Of a stretch of DNA of 37,632 nt, positions 1 through 8,449 are shown piece after piece. Under the pieces are notes generated by a model. It did no database searches. It saw only the letters and a program-made list of their open reading frames with translations, and was not told the DNA's origin. Position 1 is the first letter of the stretch; every line of letters starts with the position of its first letter. Location: positions 1 to 37,632 of IMG/VR virus record IMGVR_UViG_3300037461_000753; one strand, given 5' to 3'. The stretch is from a virus (Duplodnaviria > Caudoviricetes). The position numbers and the translations under genes are program-made.

Positions 1-260
1 CCTCCGAGCTTCACGAACGCCGCCTGGTTCTTGCCGATCCTCTCCTCGAGGCTCTTGGCCGAAGACTTCATGCTCTCGAAGGCTTCGCCGGAACCCATGC
101 CCGCCCGCTGCATGTCCTTCATCGCCATCTTCAGAGCATTGAGCTCCTTGATGTCGTTCTGCATCGCGACCTTCATCGCATCGAGCTGACCCGCGGCGGC
201 CGCTGCTCCGCCCATGTCCTCGGACAGCGATAGATGAAACCGTGCAACCGCGTCAGCCAC
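1..260 (-). CDS. Tail tape measure protein, N-terminal part (runs off window start)
   Basis: Hand translation from GTG at 258-260 (SD GAGGT): MADAVARFHLSLSEDMGGAAAAAGQLDAMKVAMQNDIKELNALKMAMKDMQ..., open to base 1. Helical Ala/Met/Lys-rich; directly follows the frameshifted chaperone pair. Confidence 0.75.
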   Translation of the reverse strand, partial: MADAVARFHLSLSEDMGGAAAAAGQLDAMKVAMQNDIKELNALKMAMKDMQRAGMGSGEAFESMKSSAKSLEERIGKNQAAFVKLG

Positions 261-262
261 GT

Positions 263-502
263 CTACCTCGACTTCGACATTGCCTTGCAGAACTCGACGA
301 GCTGTAGGCGCACTCCGCGGATCTCGTTGTAGAGGTCATCCACGATCCACGTTGCGCCTGCGAGCTCTCTCACGTTCTCTGCCTCCGTCTCTCCAGGCCC
401 ATGCAGCAGGGCCATCAAACACTGCGCTCTTACTCCGACGTCTGGGACTGGGTTGTCGGGGCCTACCCCGCGCATCGCGTCCACAAGGCTCTTTATTTTC
501 CC
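263..502 (-). CDS. Tail assembly chaperone GT extension (reached by -1 frameshift)
   Basis: The -1 frame (GKIKSLVDAMRG...KAMSKSR*) overlaps the end of 493..966 at a GGGAAAA heptamer and stops 2 nt before the tape measure GTG. Confidence 0.75.
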   Translation of the reverse strand, partial: GKIKSLVDAMRGVGPDNPVPDVGVRAQCLMALLHGPGETEAENVRELAGATWIVDDLYNEIRGVRLQLVEFCKAMSKSR

Positions 503-966
503 GGCAACTCCTGTCTCAGGTTGAGGCCATGCAGGTACGACAGTGCATTGCTGCACTTGCGAAGCGTGTCGTATTCGTCCTGCAGAATCTGCTCGAAGGC
601 TGCGCGGTCAGGGTAGAGCAGGTGGTCGGTGACGATCTTCTCGAGCGCGACTCTGTCGTGCTTCCCCTTGTCGACGAACCTCCCGTAGGCGAGGTGGTTC
701 GGTTTCCTCACCACCACCATGCCGTTTCGCTCGGTCTCGATGCGACCGATCGAGATCCCCTCGCGCCCGTACTGGGTCTCAAGCTCGAGCAGCGTCTCCT
801 CGTCCTTGGCCCTGCGCTCCTCGTCGACCAGGTCGCGCTCCAGGTCCTCCTCGCGGAACTTCGTCCTGCGCCTGGTCTCCGCTTCGTCGCGCTTGCGGCG
901 TGCGTCAGCGAGCCTCTCCTCGAGGTCCTTGATTCGCTGCGCCTTGTCGTTCGATTGCTCGTCCAC
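493..966 (-). CDS. Tail assembly chaperone (gpG-like)
   Basis: 157 aa, charged, between tube region and tape measure; ends CCG GGA AAA TAA. Confidence 0.75.
   Translation of the reverse strand: MDEQSNDKAQRIKDLEERLADARRKRDEAETRRRTKFREEDLERDLVDEERRAKDEETLLELETQYGREGISIGRIETERNGMVVVRKPNHLAYGRFVDKGKHDRVALEKIVTDHLLYPDRAAFEQILQDEYDTLRKCSNALSYLHGLNLRQELPGK
496..502 (-). other. Programmed -1 ribosomal frameshift slippery site GGGAAAA
   Basis: X XXY YYZ heptamer G GGA AAA immediately before the chaperone stop codon; the -1 frame stays open to 263. Confidence 0.8.
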
Positions 967-991
967 GATTCACTCTCTTTCTTCGACCCTG

Positions 992-1411
992 TTACGTGGG
1001 ATCGCCGAAGACCCAGAAGTCGATGGTTCCGCCGAGCGTCGCGATCGCCTCGGTTGTGCAGGAGATCGACAACAGCAGGCCCGGGGTCGTACCGGAGTCC
1101 GCCACGGGCGATTCGATGAGCATCGAGGCCCCTGGAGGCAGTGCGTGCGAGGTCGACGCGGCGCCGTTGATCTTGATGGCCATCCGGACGTCCGTGTTGT
1201 TGTCGATCCTGGCAAGTGTTGCGCCGGTGCCGATCGTCCCGAATGGCACGACGAACTCCGTCGCGTCGGCCGTCGCAGCGGGCACGTCGATCTGCCCGAG
1301 GCTGCTGCCCTGGTAGGGAGCAGAAATCGTCTTGCGCGGTGCCTGCACCGTGCCGCCGCCGGGCCCGATGTAGGACATATCGACCACGGACACTACGTAC
1401 TTGTTCGCCAT
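992..1411 (-). CDS. Hypothetical virion-associated protein (beta-rich)
   Basis: 139 aa, SD GGAGGT, tightly coupled downstream of the tube gene; Thr/Gly/Ala/Val-rich. Confidence 0.65.
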   Translation of the reverse strand: MANKYVVSVVDMSYIGPGGGTVQAPRKTISAPYQGSSLGQIDVPAATADATEFVVPFGTIGTGATLARIDNNTDVRMAIKINGAASTSHALPPGASMLIESPVADSGTTPGLLLSISCTTEAIATLGGTIDFWVFGDPT

Positions 1412-1412
1412 C

Positions 1413-1913
1413 TCACACCTCCTCGGAGCTGTCGTACATCGTCACCCACACACCGTTGATCTTCTCGCGGATGCGCGTGGCCTGCAGCGTCACCTCCCGC
1501 TGCGATGGATCTGCCGAGTCCTCGAACGACACGCTGTCCTCGAGGAACACGACGTCCTGGAACTCCCACTCGAGCAGGGGATCCCCGGTCCCAGCGTCGA
1601 GCTGGAGCTGATAGGGCAGCTCGCCCTGCGATGCAGTGCGGCCGTTGGGGCTCGCCTGGGCATGCTGCAGCTTGAGCTGCGCCACGGCCCACATGTAGCC
1701 CTTGAGCTTGATCGTCCCCGGGTCGTACTTGCCCTTGCCCCTCCCGGCCGGGGCTCGGCTCTTGTCGGCGTCGTACGCCAGGGGACGGTCGACCTTGTCG
1801 CCCCACGCGAACGACGTGAAGCCGACGAGCTGCTTGCTGCCGGCGGCGAGCCTGTGGTGGCCCCAGGAATACAGGACTCCCTTGACCTTCAAGGGCAGAT
1901 CGAGTCGCTCCAT
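1413..1913 (-). CDS. Tail tube protein
   Basis: 166 aa with SD GGAGG; size and position after sheath; GVLYSW...AGRGKGKYDPG segment resembles myovirus tube proteins. Confidence 0.7.
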   Translation of the reverse strand: MERLDLPLKVKGVLYSWGHHRLAAGSKQLVGFTSFAWGDKVDRPLAYDADKSRAPAGRGKGKYDPGTIKLKGYMWAVAQLKLQHAQASPNGRTASQGELPYQLQLDAGTGDPLLEWEFQDVVFLEDSVSFEDSADPSQREVTLQATRIREKINGVWVTMYDSSEEV

Positions 1914-1914
1914 T

Positions 1915-2487
1915 TCAGCCTCCGACCTTTCGCGCTCGCAGCGCGACTACGTTGGTTGTCTCTGCCGCGGCGTCTGCTCGCGCCACGACAGCCCGTGCAA
2001 GCTCCACGAACTCCGCATCGGTCAGGTTGCGTTTTGCGTAGTTCACGGTCTTGGTGACCCACTGCAGGTTGTCGGCGCTGTTTGCTCCACCCCTGCTCTT
2101 CGGAAGCCTGTGGTCGAGGCTTGCGTTTCCGCCAGGAATCAACGGAACGCCGGTGAGAGCGCACACGCCACCCTGCAGGTCCCATTGGCGCATGACGGCA
2201 TCTCTCGCCTCGTTCGTGGAGATTCCGAGCGCCATATAGGCGGCGTGTTGGAACCAATGCTCCAGACAGTTGACCCCCGCCACGGCTTCCTTTCCGCAGT
2301 GCTGACACCGGCCGGAGTTGCGGAATTCGCGGCTGCGCTTGCGCCTGTCGTCCTGCATCTTCTCGAAGCAGGAGTCACATCGCGTCCGCGAGTCGGCGAG
2401 GACCGAGTTGCAGGTGACACAGCGCCCACGCTGCTTCTGCCGCTCTCGGTATCTCGCCTGCCCAACCGCGTTCGACACCATGGTCAT
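1915..2487 (-). CDS. HNH endonuclease with N-terminal Cys/Zn ribbons
   Basis: CALTG...SLDHRLPKSRGGANSADNLQWVTKTVNYAK HNH motif; CxxC pairs in the N-terminus; ATGA overlap with sheath stop. Confidence 0.85.
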   Translation of the reverse strand: MTMVSNAVGQARYRERQKQRGRCVTCNSVLADSRTRCDSCFEKMQDDRRKRSREFRNSGRCQHCGKEAVAGVNCLEHWFQHAAYMALGISTNEARDAVMRQWDLQGGVCALTGVPLIPGGNASLDHRLPKSRGGANSADNLQWVTKTVNYAKRNLTDAEFVELARAVVARADAAAETTNVVALRARKVGG

Positions 2488-3953
2488 CCGCCCACTTTCT
2501 GAGCGAACCTCTGCGTGATCGAGAACCCGGCCGGGTACCCCAGGGGCACCAGCACCGAGTCGCCGGCGAGGAAGGCGTTCTTCGCCAGGATGTTGTCCGT
2601 CGCGTTGAGGGAGAAGCCGTAGTCGGTGACGCTGTCGCCTGCCGCGTCGATCACGGCCTTCGTAATGTCCGCATCGATGACGCTCTTCTCGCGCGCGCTG
2701 ATGTACCCCGACCCGTCCTTCAGCGCCTCGAGGGGCCTGCGCGCCCAGAGCATCAAGCGCTCCTGCACGACATCCGCCACCAGGTTGTCGACCTTGCGGT
2801 ACTGCCAGAGGTACCGGTCATCCTCGACCGACGCCAGGATGTGCGGGGTCGTGAGGTAGGCGGCGAGTCCGCGACCAGGCAGCGTGCACAGCGTCTCGAG
2901 AGAGAGCGCGTCGAGCCCCGGATCGATCGCCTCGTCGTGCAGGCCCGCCTTGCGGTTCCCGGCGAGGTCGCGGATGCGCACGTCGGCCCCGAGAGAGCCG
3001 AGGTCCACCTGCGCCAGGTCGGTGCGGCTCGGGCGCACGACCTTCAGAGCGCGGACCGCTGTGATCCAGCTCGCAGGCCTCCGATACTGCCGGCGGCCAG
3101 CACACGCGGAGATGAACTCGCAATACCCCGCGGCAATCGACTGGAACGTCGAGGTCACGCCGGAGAGGGCAGCGGTGATCGCCGCCAGGTACTGCGCCTC
3201 TGTCTCGCCCACGTTCGGGCCACGCACGCAGCCGCGAGAGGCGCGGTGCTTCTTGTCCGTGGTCCAGAGAGCCTGCATCCACGTGTCGATGAGACCGATC
3301 TGCGCGGCCGTGAGCGGGTTCGACCAGCCGACCCAGTTCCACGGGAGACCGGCGTCTCCGATGCAGTCCTCCGCGTCGGAAAGGTCCTGGTTCGTCAGGC
3401 TCGGAGGAGTCGAGCGACAACTCCAGTAGTCGCCAGCGATGAGCGTGGCGGCGGTCAGATCGAATGCCACATTGCCGTCGGTGATCGTGATCGTCGTGGC
3501 GGTGCCGAGCGACGTCGTCGGAGACCATGTCGTTCCGCCGTCGAGACTCCACTGGTACGTGATGCCAGCGACGCCCACTGTCCCGCCGGCGATGACCTTT
3601 ACCACCACGTCGTACTCGTCGAACGGCTTGGTCGCGGTGTGCGCGGTGATGACGCTCGCGCCCGACTTGTGGGTCACGTCGATCGCGCCATACGCGCCGT
3701 CCGTTGATGCCGGCGTGCGCACGAAGACGACGGGCTTGCCCGGGGAGCGCTGCAGGAGGTTGGCGCCGTACTCCACCAACGGGCCGCCGGTGAAGTACGC
3801 AATCGCGTCTTGGGGACGCATGAAGGCAACCGGCAGCAGCTGGTCGCCGCTCTGCGCCGGGCCGGCGGCGATCGCCACGTCCCCGAGGATGTTCGCCGGC
3901 ATCGATGTCAGCGCGCCGTTGACCTGCACGATATTGACAGTGGGGATGGGCAT
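2484..3953 (-). CDS. Contractile tail sheath protein (DUF2586-like)
   Basis: 489 aa, MPIPTVNIVQVNGAL start, position before tube, C-terminal YRKVDNLV...VPLGY sheath-like segment. Confidence 0.75.
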   Translation of the reverse strand: MPIPTVNIVQVNGALTSMPANILGDVAIAAGPAQSGDQLLPVAFMRPQDAIAYFTGGPLVEYGANLLQRSPGKPVVFVRTPASTDGAYGAIDVTHKSGASVITAHTATKPFDEYDVVVKVIAGGTVGVAGITYQWSLDGGTTWSPTTSLGTATTITITDGNVAFDLTAATLIAGDYWSCRSTPPSLTNQDLSDAEDCIGDAGLPWNWVGWSNPLTAAQIGLIDTWMQALWTTDKKHRASRGCVRGPNVGETEAQYLAAITAALSGVTSTFQSIAAGYCEFISACAGRRQYRRPASWITAVRALKVVRPSRTDLAQVDLGSLGADVRIRDLAGNRKAGLHDEAIDPGLDALSLETLCTLPGRGLAAYLTTPHILASVEDDRYLWQYRKVDNLVADVVQERLMLWARRPLEALKDGSGYISAREKSVIDADITKAVIDAAGDSVTDYGFSLNATDNILAKNAFLAGDSVLVPLGYPAGFSITQRFAQKVGG

Positions 3954-3962
3954 GACTCTCTC

Positions 3963-4469
3963 CTATGCTCCCGGAAGCGTGAAGACGAACCGCGGCGCCG
4001 GAACCAGCGGCTCCGTCGTGATGGTGTATTGTTCGAAGACGAGATCGTCGCGCAGCGTGAACGTGCACTTCCACTCGGCTCCGTCGCTGCGCTCCTGCGC
4101 CCGCACGCGCGAGACCTTGCCGAAGGTGATCGCACCAGCGGACAGGCGCCAGAGGTAGACGAACAACGCCCCGAGAAGGGCCCGCGTCGCGTTGTACTGG
4201 GCGAGCTCGTCCTCCGGGTTGTCCGGGTCGATGGCCCAGACGTACAGGGTGCAGCTCACGCGCAGGAGGCCAGGGTTGTCCTCTTCGCCTGGTTCGACCG
4301 ACCCAACCTGGTCTCCCTCGAACGGCACGAACACGATGCGACTGGCGCCGCCGGCGCCGGCGTTGTCCTGGCGCCCAGTCTCTCGCTCACCGAACACGAC
4401 CGACGCTGTTCCACCGTCGTCCGCGAACGAATCCCGCACCGCTTCGAACAGATCGCCGAGCGTGCTCAT
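3963..4469 (-). CDS. Tail terminator / neck protein
   Basis: Likely start MSTLGDLFEAV (ATGA overlap with upstream stop, SD GGAGG); 168 aa acidic protein immediately before sheath. Confidence 0.6.
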   Translation of the reverse strand: MSTLGDLFEAVRDSFADDGGTASVVFGERETGRQDNAGAGGASRIVFVPFEGDQVGSVEPGEEDNPGLLRVSCTLYVWAIDPDNPEDELAQYNATRALLGALFVYLWRLSAGAITFGKVSRVRAQERSDGAEWKCTFTLRDDLVFEQYTITTEPLVPAPRFVFTLPGA

Positions 4470-5152
4470 GCGCCGCCTCCGGCCATGTGTTCCTCCCAGC
4501 GCTTCGCGAACAGCTCGCGGGTGGCCTCGGTCAGCGTCATCGGCATCGACTGCGGGATGATCGGACGGGCCGGCAGCCCTCCGACGCCGGCGGAAGCAGA
4601 GGCTGCCGACGTCATCTTCGCTGCGTGCGCGGACTCGGCGCTCGACCTGGCGGCCATTCGCTTCGAGGCTGAGCGTGCGAAGTCCGCGCGCTCGGTCGCT
4701 GCCTTCGTGGCCTTGCCGCGCTTCTCGATCTGCCTGGCAAGAGACTTCTCTGCAGCGGACACCTGCTTCGCGGCTCGTCGCGCTTCCTTCGCTGCCGAGC
4801 GTGCCATCCGTCGAGCTGCGCCAGCTGCTCTGCTCGCCTTGTTCGCTGCCTGGCTCTTCGTGCCACGCTGGTGGAAAACGTGATGCCCTGACAGGGTCGC
4901 CGTGACACCGTCGCCATCGACGGCGACCGAGACTGCGCTCATCGCTCCACGCAGCGGCGTGTTGCCGGCGACGGTGGGCTTCCACGGCGCGCCCTCGGGC
5001 GACCGGCCTTCAGCGACCGCTTGCGCGACGACGTCCTCCAGCAGCCCCGCAACCTCGAACGCGTACCGCTTCGCCATCCCGGGCATGCTCCGACACGCCT
5101 CGATCATCTTGTCGAGCTCGGCGAACGCAGCGGCGTTATTGTTGGCTGCCAT
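4466..5152 (-). CDS. Virion morphogenesis / tail completion protein (Mu gpG-like) with basic insertion
   Basis: GRSPEGAPWKP, HQRGT and LPARPIIP motifs typical of phage virion morphogenesis proteins; start MAANNN with SD GAGGGG. Confidence 0.7.
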   Translation of the reverse strand: MAANNNAAAFAELDKMIEACRSMPGMAKRYAFEVAGLLEDVVAQAVAEGRSPEGAPWKPTVAGNTPLRGAMSAVSVAVDGDGVTATLSGHHVFHQRGTKSQAANKASRAAGAARRMARSAAKEARRAAKQVSAAEKSLARQIEKRGKATKAATERADFARSASKRMAARSSAESAHAAKMTSAASASAGVGGLPARPIIPQSMPMTLTEATRELFAKRWEEHMAGGGA

Positions 5153-5636
5153 CGCCCCTCGTGTCCTCGCCTCGCGCCGTAGCGGCCTGGCGGTCGAATG
5201 CCACATAGGGAGACTGCTCGGAGTAGACCTTGGGGCCTCCCTTGCTGATGCCGTTCGCTGTCGTGTCGGCTCGCAGGGGCAGCTCGAACTTCCCGTTCTG
5301 TCCGTCCGCAGCCTCGTCGATCTCGTCGCGCGTTTCGGTCGCGCGATCGAGCAGCGCCTTGAACTGCTCGTCGGTCTGCCTCACTCCGAGCTTCATGTAC
5401 GCGTCGGGAGTCACCAGGCGGGAGATCCAGAGCATCACCAGGGGAGGTACCGGCGCCGCGAACGGCACGGCGTAGCGCTTCCGCAGCTTGCCATCGAGCC
5501 AGGCGGACTCGTCGTTGAGCCGGGTCTGGAGCCAGTCCGCGTCGCGGTTCTGCAACCGGTCGACGTTGTCGCGTGGCATGGTCGTGCGGAGGATGAACTC
5601 CGCGACTGACATGTATCCTGTGACAGGGACCGGCAT
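5136..5636 (-). CDS. Head-tail connector (Mu gp36/DUF1320-like)
   Basis: YMSVAEF...LDGKLRKRYAVPFAAPVP motif; first gene after the capsid. Confidence 0.75.
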   Translation of the reverse strand: MPVPVTGYMSVAEFILRTTMPRDNVDRLQNRDADWLQTRLNDESAWLDGKLRKRYAVPFAAPVPPLVMLWISRLVTPDAYMKLGVRQTDEQFKALLDRATETRDEIDEAADGQNGKFELPLRADTTANGISKGGPKVYSEQSPYVAFDRQAATARGEDTRGDGSQQ

Positions 5637-5712
5637 GGCCTTCTACGGGGTTAGGCCCGCTCGTACTTGCACGCCGCGGGCCCGATCAGGAGGGAGGCGG
5701 GAAGGCCGGTGG

Positions 5713-6702
5713 TTACGCTCCTACGATCTTGCGGATCGCGTGGGGGAACACGAGACCGAAGCCGTACCAGATGTGGCTCGACTGCTTGAGCCTGCCGGTG
5801 GCCTTGAAGAAGTCGCTCGACTCGTCGAACGTCCGCAGCTCCAGGGCGGGGCCGGGGGAGTATCGCAGCGCCGCCCACGGAGGCAGCGACGCGATGAGCT
5901 TGCTGTCGAGCAGGTACCAGTCGTTCACGTCCGTCAGCTGCGGACAGTGCACCGCTCGCAGACCAGCAAGCGGATTCGACATCGTCGCCGTGCCACCGCC
6001 AGGGACGCCCGTCCCACTCGAGACCGACACGTTCTGCTGCTTCAGGAGAGCATCGACGATCCGGAACTTCGCCGTCGGGAGCATGATCGTGTCGGGGCTG
6101 ACGCCCAGCTTCTCGCCGGTCTCGTCGAGCACGGCACCTTCCATCGCGGTGCACTCGGCCATGATGTTGGCGATCGAGTTGGGGTCCTTCGCGTTGCTCT
6201 GGTAGTTCGAGAACGTCCCGAGGGACGGCTCCGCGAAGTTCGCGGGATGCGCCGGGTCGAAGAAGTAGATCCCCGATCCTTCCCACGAGAGCAGCGTCGA
6301 CTCGCCAGCCTCCACGAGCGCGGCGACCGACTTCGCGATGTGCACCTGCTCGGCGACCGTGTAGCGCTGCGCCGCCTGCAACCACTTGCGGTAGGCGAAC
6401 ACGCTCTGCAGCAGGTCGATGAGCTTGGCCTCGTACCCCATGTCGAACTCGATGACCTTCACGTCGAAGCTCGCTTCGCGCGCGGTCTTGTACCTGCTGT
6501 CGCCCTTGGTCTCCTGGTAGCTGCCGGAGAGCTGCGAGATCGGGTACGTGACCTTCGGGCTGTTGGTCGGTCCGACGTCTCCGAACTCCGCGGCCCAGTT
6601 CGGTGGCAAGGCGACGCCTTGCGCGGCGAGGTACCGATCGTTGAACTCGACGATCGCCTGTCCGGAGGTCGTCGGCAGCTTGTCAAACTCGTAGAGACTC
6701 AT
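5713..6702 (-). CDS. Major capsid protein (Mu gpT-like, HK97 fold)
   Basis: 329 aa; YFFDPAHP, LDETGEKLGVSPDTIMLP and CPQLTDVNDWYLLD motifs resemble Mu-like major head subunits; SD GAAGGGA. Confidence 0.8.
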   Translation of the reverse strand: MSLYEFDKLPTTSGQAIVEFNDRYLAAQGVALPPNWAAEFGDVGPTNSPKVTYPISQLSGSYQETKGDSRYKTAREASFDVKVIEFDMGYEAKLIDLLQSVFAYRKWLQAAQRYTVAEQVHIAKSVAALVEAGESTLLSWEGSGIYFFDPAHPANFAEPSLGTFSNYQSNAKDPNSIANIMAECTAMEGAVLDETGEKLGVSPDTIMLPTAKFRIVDALLKQQNVSVSSGTGVPGGGTATMSNPLAGLRAVHCPQLTDVNDWYLLDSKLIASLPPWAALRYSPGPALELRTFDESSDFFKATGRLKQSSHIWYGFGLVFPHAIRKIVGA

Positions 6703-6725
6703 TGTCGTTCAATCCCTTCCGCCCA

Positions 6726-7751
6726 CTACGAGGTGAGCAGCGCCCTCTTGCCGTTGATTGCGACGCCCAGCAGGCCGATGCCATCGGTAGTGTGGGCGGG
6801 AGGAGTGAGTTCGAGCGTGAGCAGCCGCGCGGTGTTCGGGATGTCGCCGGCGGCGACCGTCACCTCGAGCTTGTGGAGCGTCGCCGACTTCGTGCCGCTG
6901 TCGTCGGCGGCGTCGGACACAAGGGCCCCGCCGTCCCATCCGGTCTCCACGACCATGCTGGCGGCGTCGGTGGTGCCGGAGTAGACCCACAGCTCGACCT
7001 TCACATCGGCCGCGCCGTTGAAGTCGGGGGGCAGCGGAACCTGCGTGGAGATCGGGTCGGAGTTGCTGGCCGCCCAGTAGATCTCCGAGGTCTCCGCCGC
7101 GTTGCCGCGCATGATGGGAGTGGTGTCGCTGGCGAGCAGTCCGCCGTTCGCTGCGATGTTGCCGACGTCGCCGTTCGCATCGACCTCGCGGAACTGATGC
7201 AGGGACAGCGGGATGAAGATCCCCTTCGCGCTGAGCAGGTGCTGGTAGATCTCCTGCAGCGCGGTCTCGACCTCGGTCGCCGCGGTGAAGTTGCCAGTGT
7301 CGGCGATCGCGATCTCGTCCGCGTCCGTCGATGCCAGGACGCGCCCCGGGTGCACCCACACCTTGACCTTGGTACCCTGCATGCCGAGGAAGATGCCGGC
7401 CTTCTTGCGGGCGCCGCTGTTGCTGTTGTCCGCGACCGTGTGGTCGTCGTACATGTAGACGGACCAGCCGACCGGCGTGGCCGCGCTGCACGCATCGCCC
7501 CCGGTCGCGTTCGCGAACAGGAACACGCGATCCGTCTCGACCTCGCACTCGGCGCTTGCGGAGGCCTGGTGCGTCGAGACGCCGATGCAGTCGCCGGAGA
7601 GCGCCGTCGAGCCCGGGACGAGCGTCCCGTCGGCGTCGAGCTGCGCGACCATGATCCCCTCGTAGATCGTGCCCGTCCCGACGGTCATGAACATCTTGCG
7701 GCCGCCGTCTCCGACGAGCTCGCGAATCAGATTCACGCTGGTGTTCGACAT
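6726..7751 (-). CDS. Head decoration/cement protein with long C-terminal extension
   Basis: N-terminal ~135 aa (TIYEGIMVAQL...CIGVS...VYMYDDHTV...VKVWV) is cement-like; lies between scaffold and capsid genes. Confidence 0.6.
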   Translation of the reverse strand: MSNTSVNLIRELVGDGGRKMFMTVGTGTIYEGIMVAQLDADGTLVPGSTALSGDCIGVSTHQASASAECEVETDRVFLFANATGGDACSAATPVGWSVYMYDDHTVADNSNSGARKKAGIFLGMQGTKVKVWVHPGRVLASTDADEIAIADTGNFTAATEVETALQEIYQHLLSAKGIFIPLSLHQFREVDANGDVGNIAANGGLLASDTTPIMRGNAAETSEIYWAASNSDPISTQVPLPPDFNGAADVKVELWVYSGTTDAASMVVETGWDGGALVSDAADDSGTKSATLHKLEVTVAAGDIPNTARLLTLELTPPAHTTDGIGLLGVAINGKRALLTS

Positions 7752-7753
7752 TG

Positions 7754-8449
7754 CTAGCTCCTCGCGGCCTTCGCCGCCTCACGCTGCGCCTTGAGCGCCG
7801 CGAACCGTTCGGGCGTGCAGCCCGTCTCCTTGCAGATCTTGAGCTCGCGCTCGTCGAGCCCGTGCGCGCCGTCGCCGCGAGTGAAGCCGGGCGTCACATC
7901 GCCAGCGAGATTCGGAATCTCGGACGGCGGCAAGGCCCGGCACGCATCACGCACGCTCTGGATCGGAGTCCGGGAGTCCTCCAGCCAGGCACGCACGTCC
8001 TTGTTGACGATCTTGCGCGAGGCGATCAACTTCTTGCGCTCGGCCGCCTCGGCCGCCTTGCGCTGCGCGTCCTTCTCCGCCTTGCGCTCGGACTCGATCG
8101 ACTCGAGCAGCGAGACGACGCGGCGGTCCGTCGCTGCTGCGTTCTGCGCGTCCGCTGGGGCCGGAGCGGGAGCCGGCTCGGGCTTCGGTTCCGCTGGTGC
8201 GTCCGACGTGCCGAGGAAGCTCTTGCATGTCTTGATGCACGCCTCGCATGCTGCGATGCAGGCGCTGGTCGCCGCCATCGCCTCGTCCGGTGTGCCCGAT
8301 TCGCACGCGTCGGCGCAGTCGGTGCAGGCCGTCGCGCATTCGGTACACGACTGCGACACCTCCGCCGCGGTTGCGCGTCCGGTCTCTGCAGGTTGCTCCC
8401 CCTCAGCGGGCGGCTGGCCGTCCGCGGACCTCGGCTTCTGACCGTTCAT
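7754..8449 (-). CDS. Scaffolding protein from nested in-frame start
   Basis: AAGGAG SD 7 nt before an in-frame ATG (MNGQKP...), analogous to lambda C/Nu3 and Mu I/Z. Confidence 0.65.
   Translation of the reverse strand: MNGQKPRSADGQPPAEGEQPAETGRATAAEVSQSCTECATACTDCADACESGTPDEAMAATSACIAACEACIKTCKSFLGTSDAPAEPKPEPAPAPAPADAQNAAATDRRVVSLLESIESERKAEKDAQRKAAEAAERKKLIASRKIVNKDVRAWLEDSRTPIQSVRDACRALPPSEIPNLAGDVTPGFTRGDGAHGLDERELKICKETGCTPERFAALKAQREAAKAARS

Noticed and set aside
5653-5683. GC hairpin GGCCCGC...GCGGGCC after the capsid gene
   Set aside because: No U-tract on the coding strand; it may be a stabiliser or weak terminator but cannot be supported as an intrinsic terminator.
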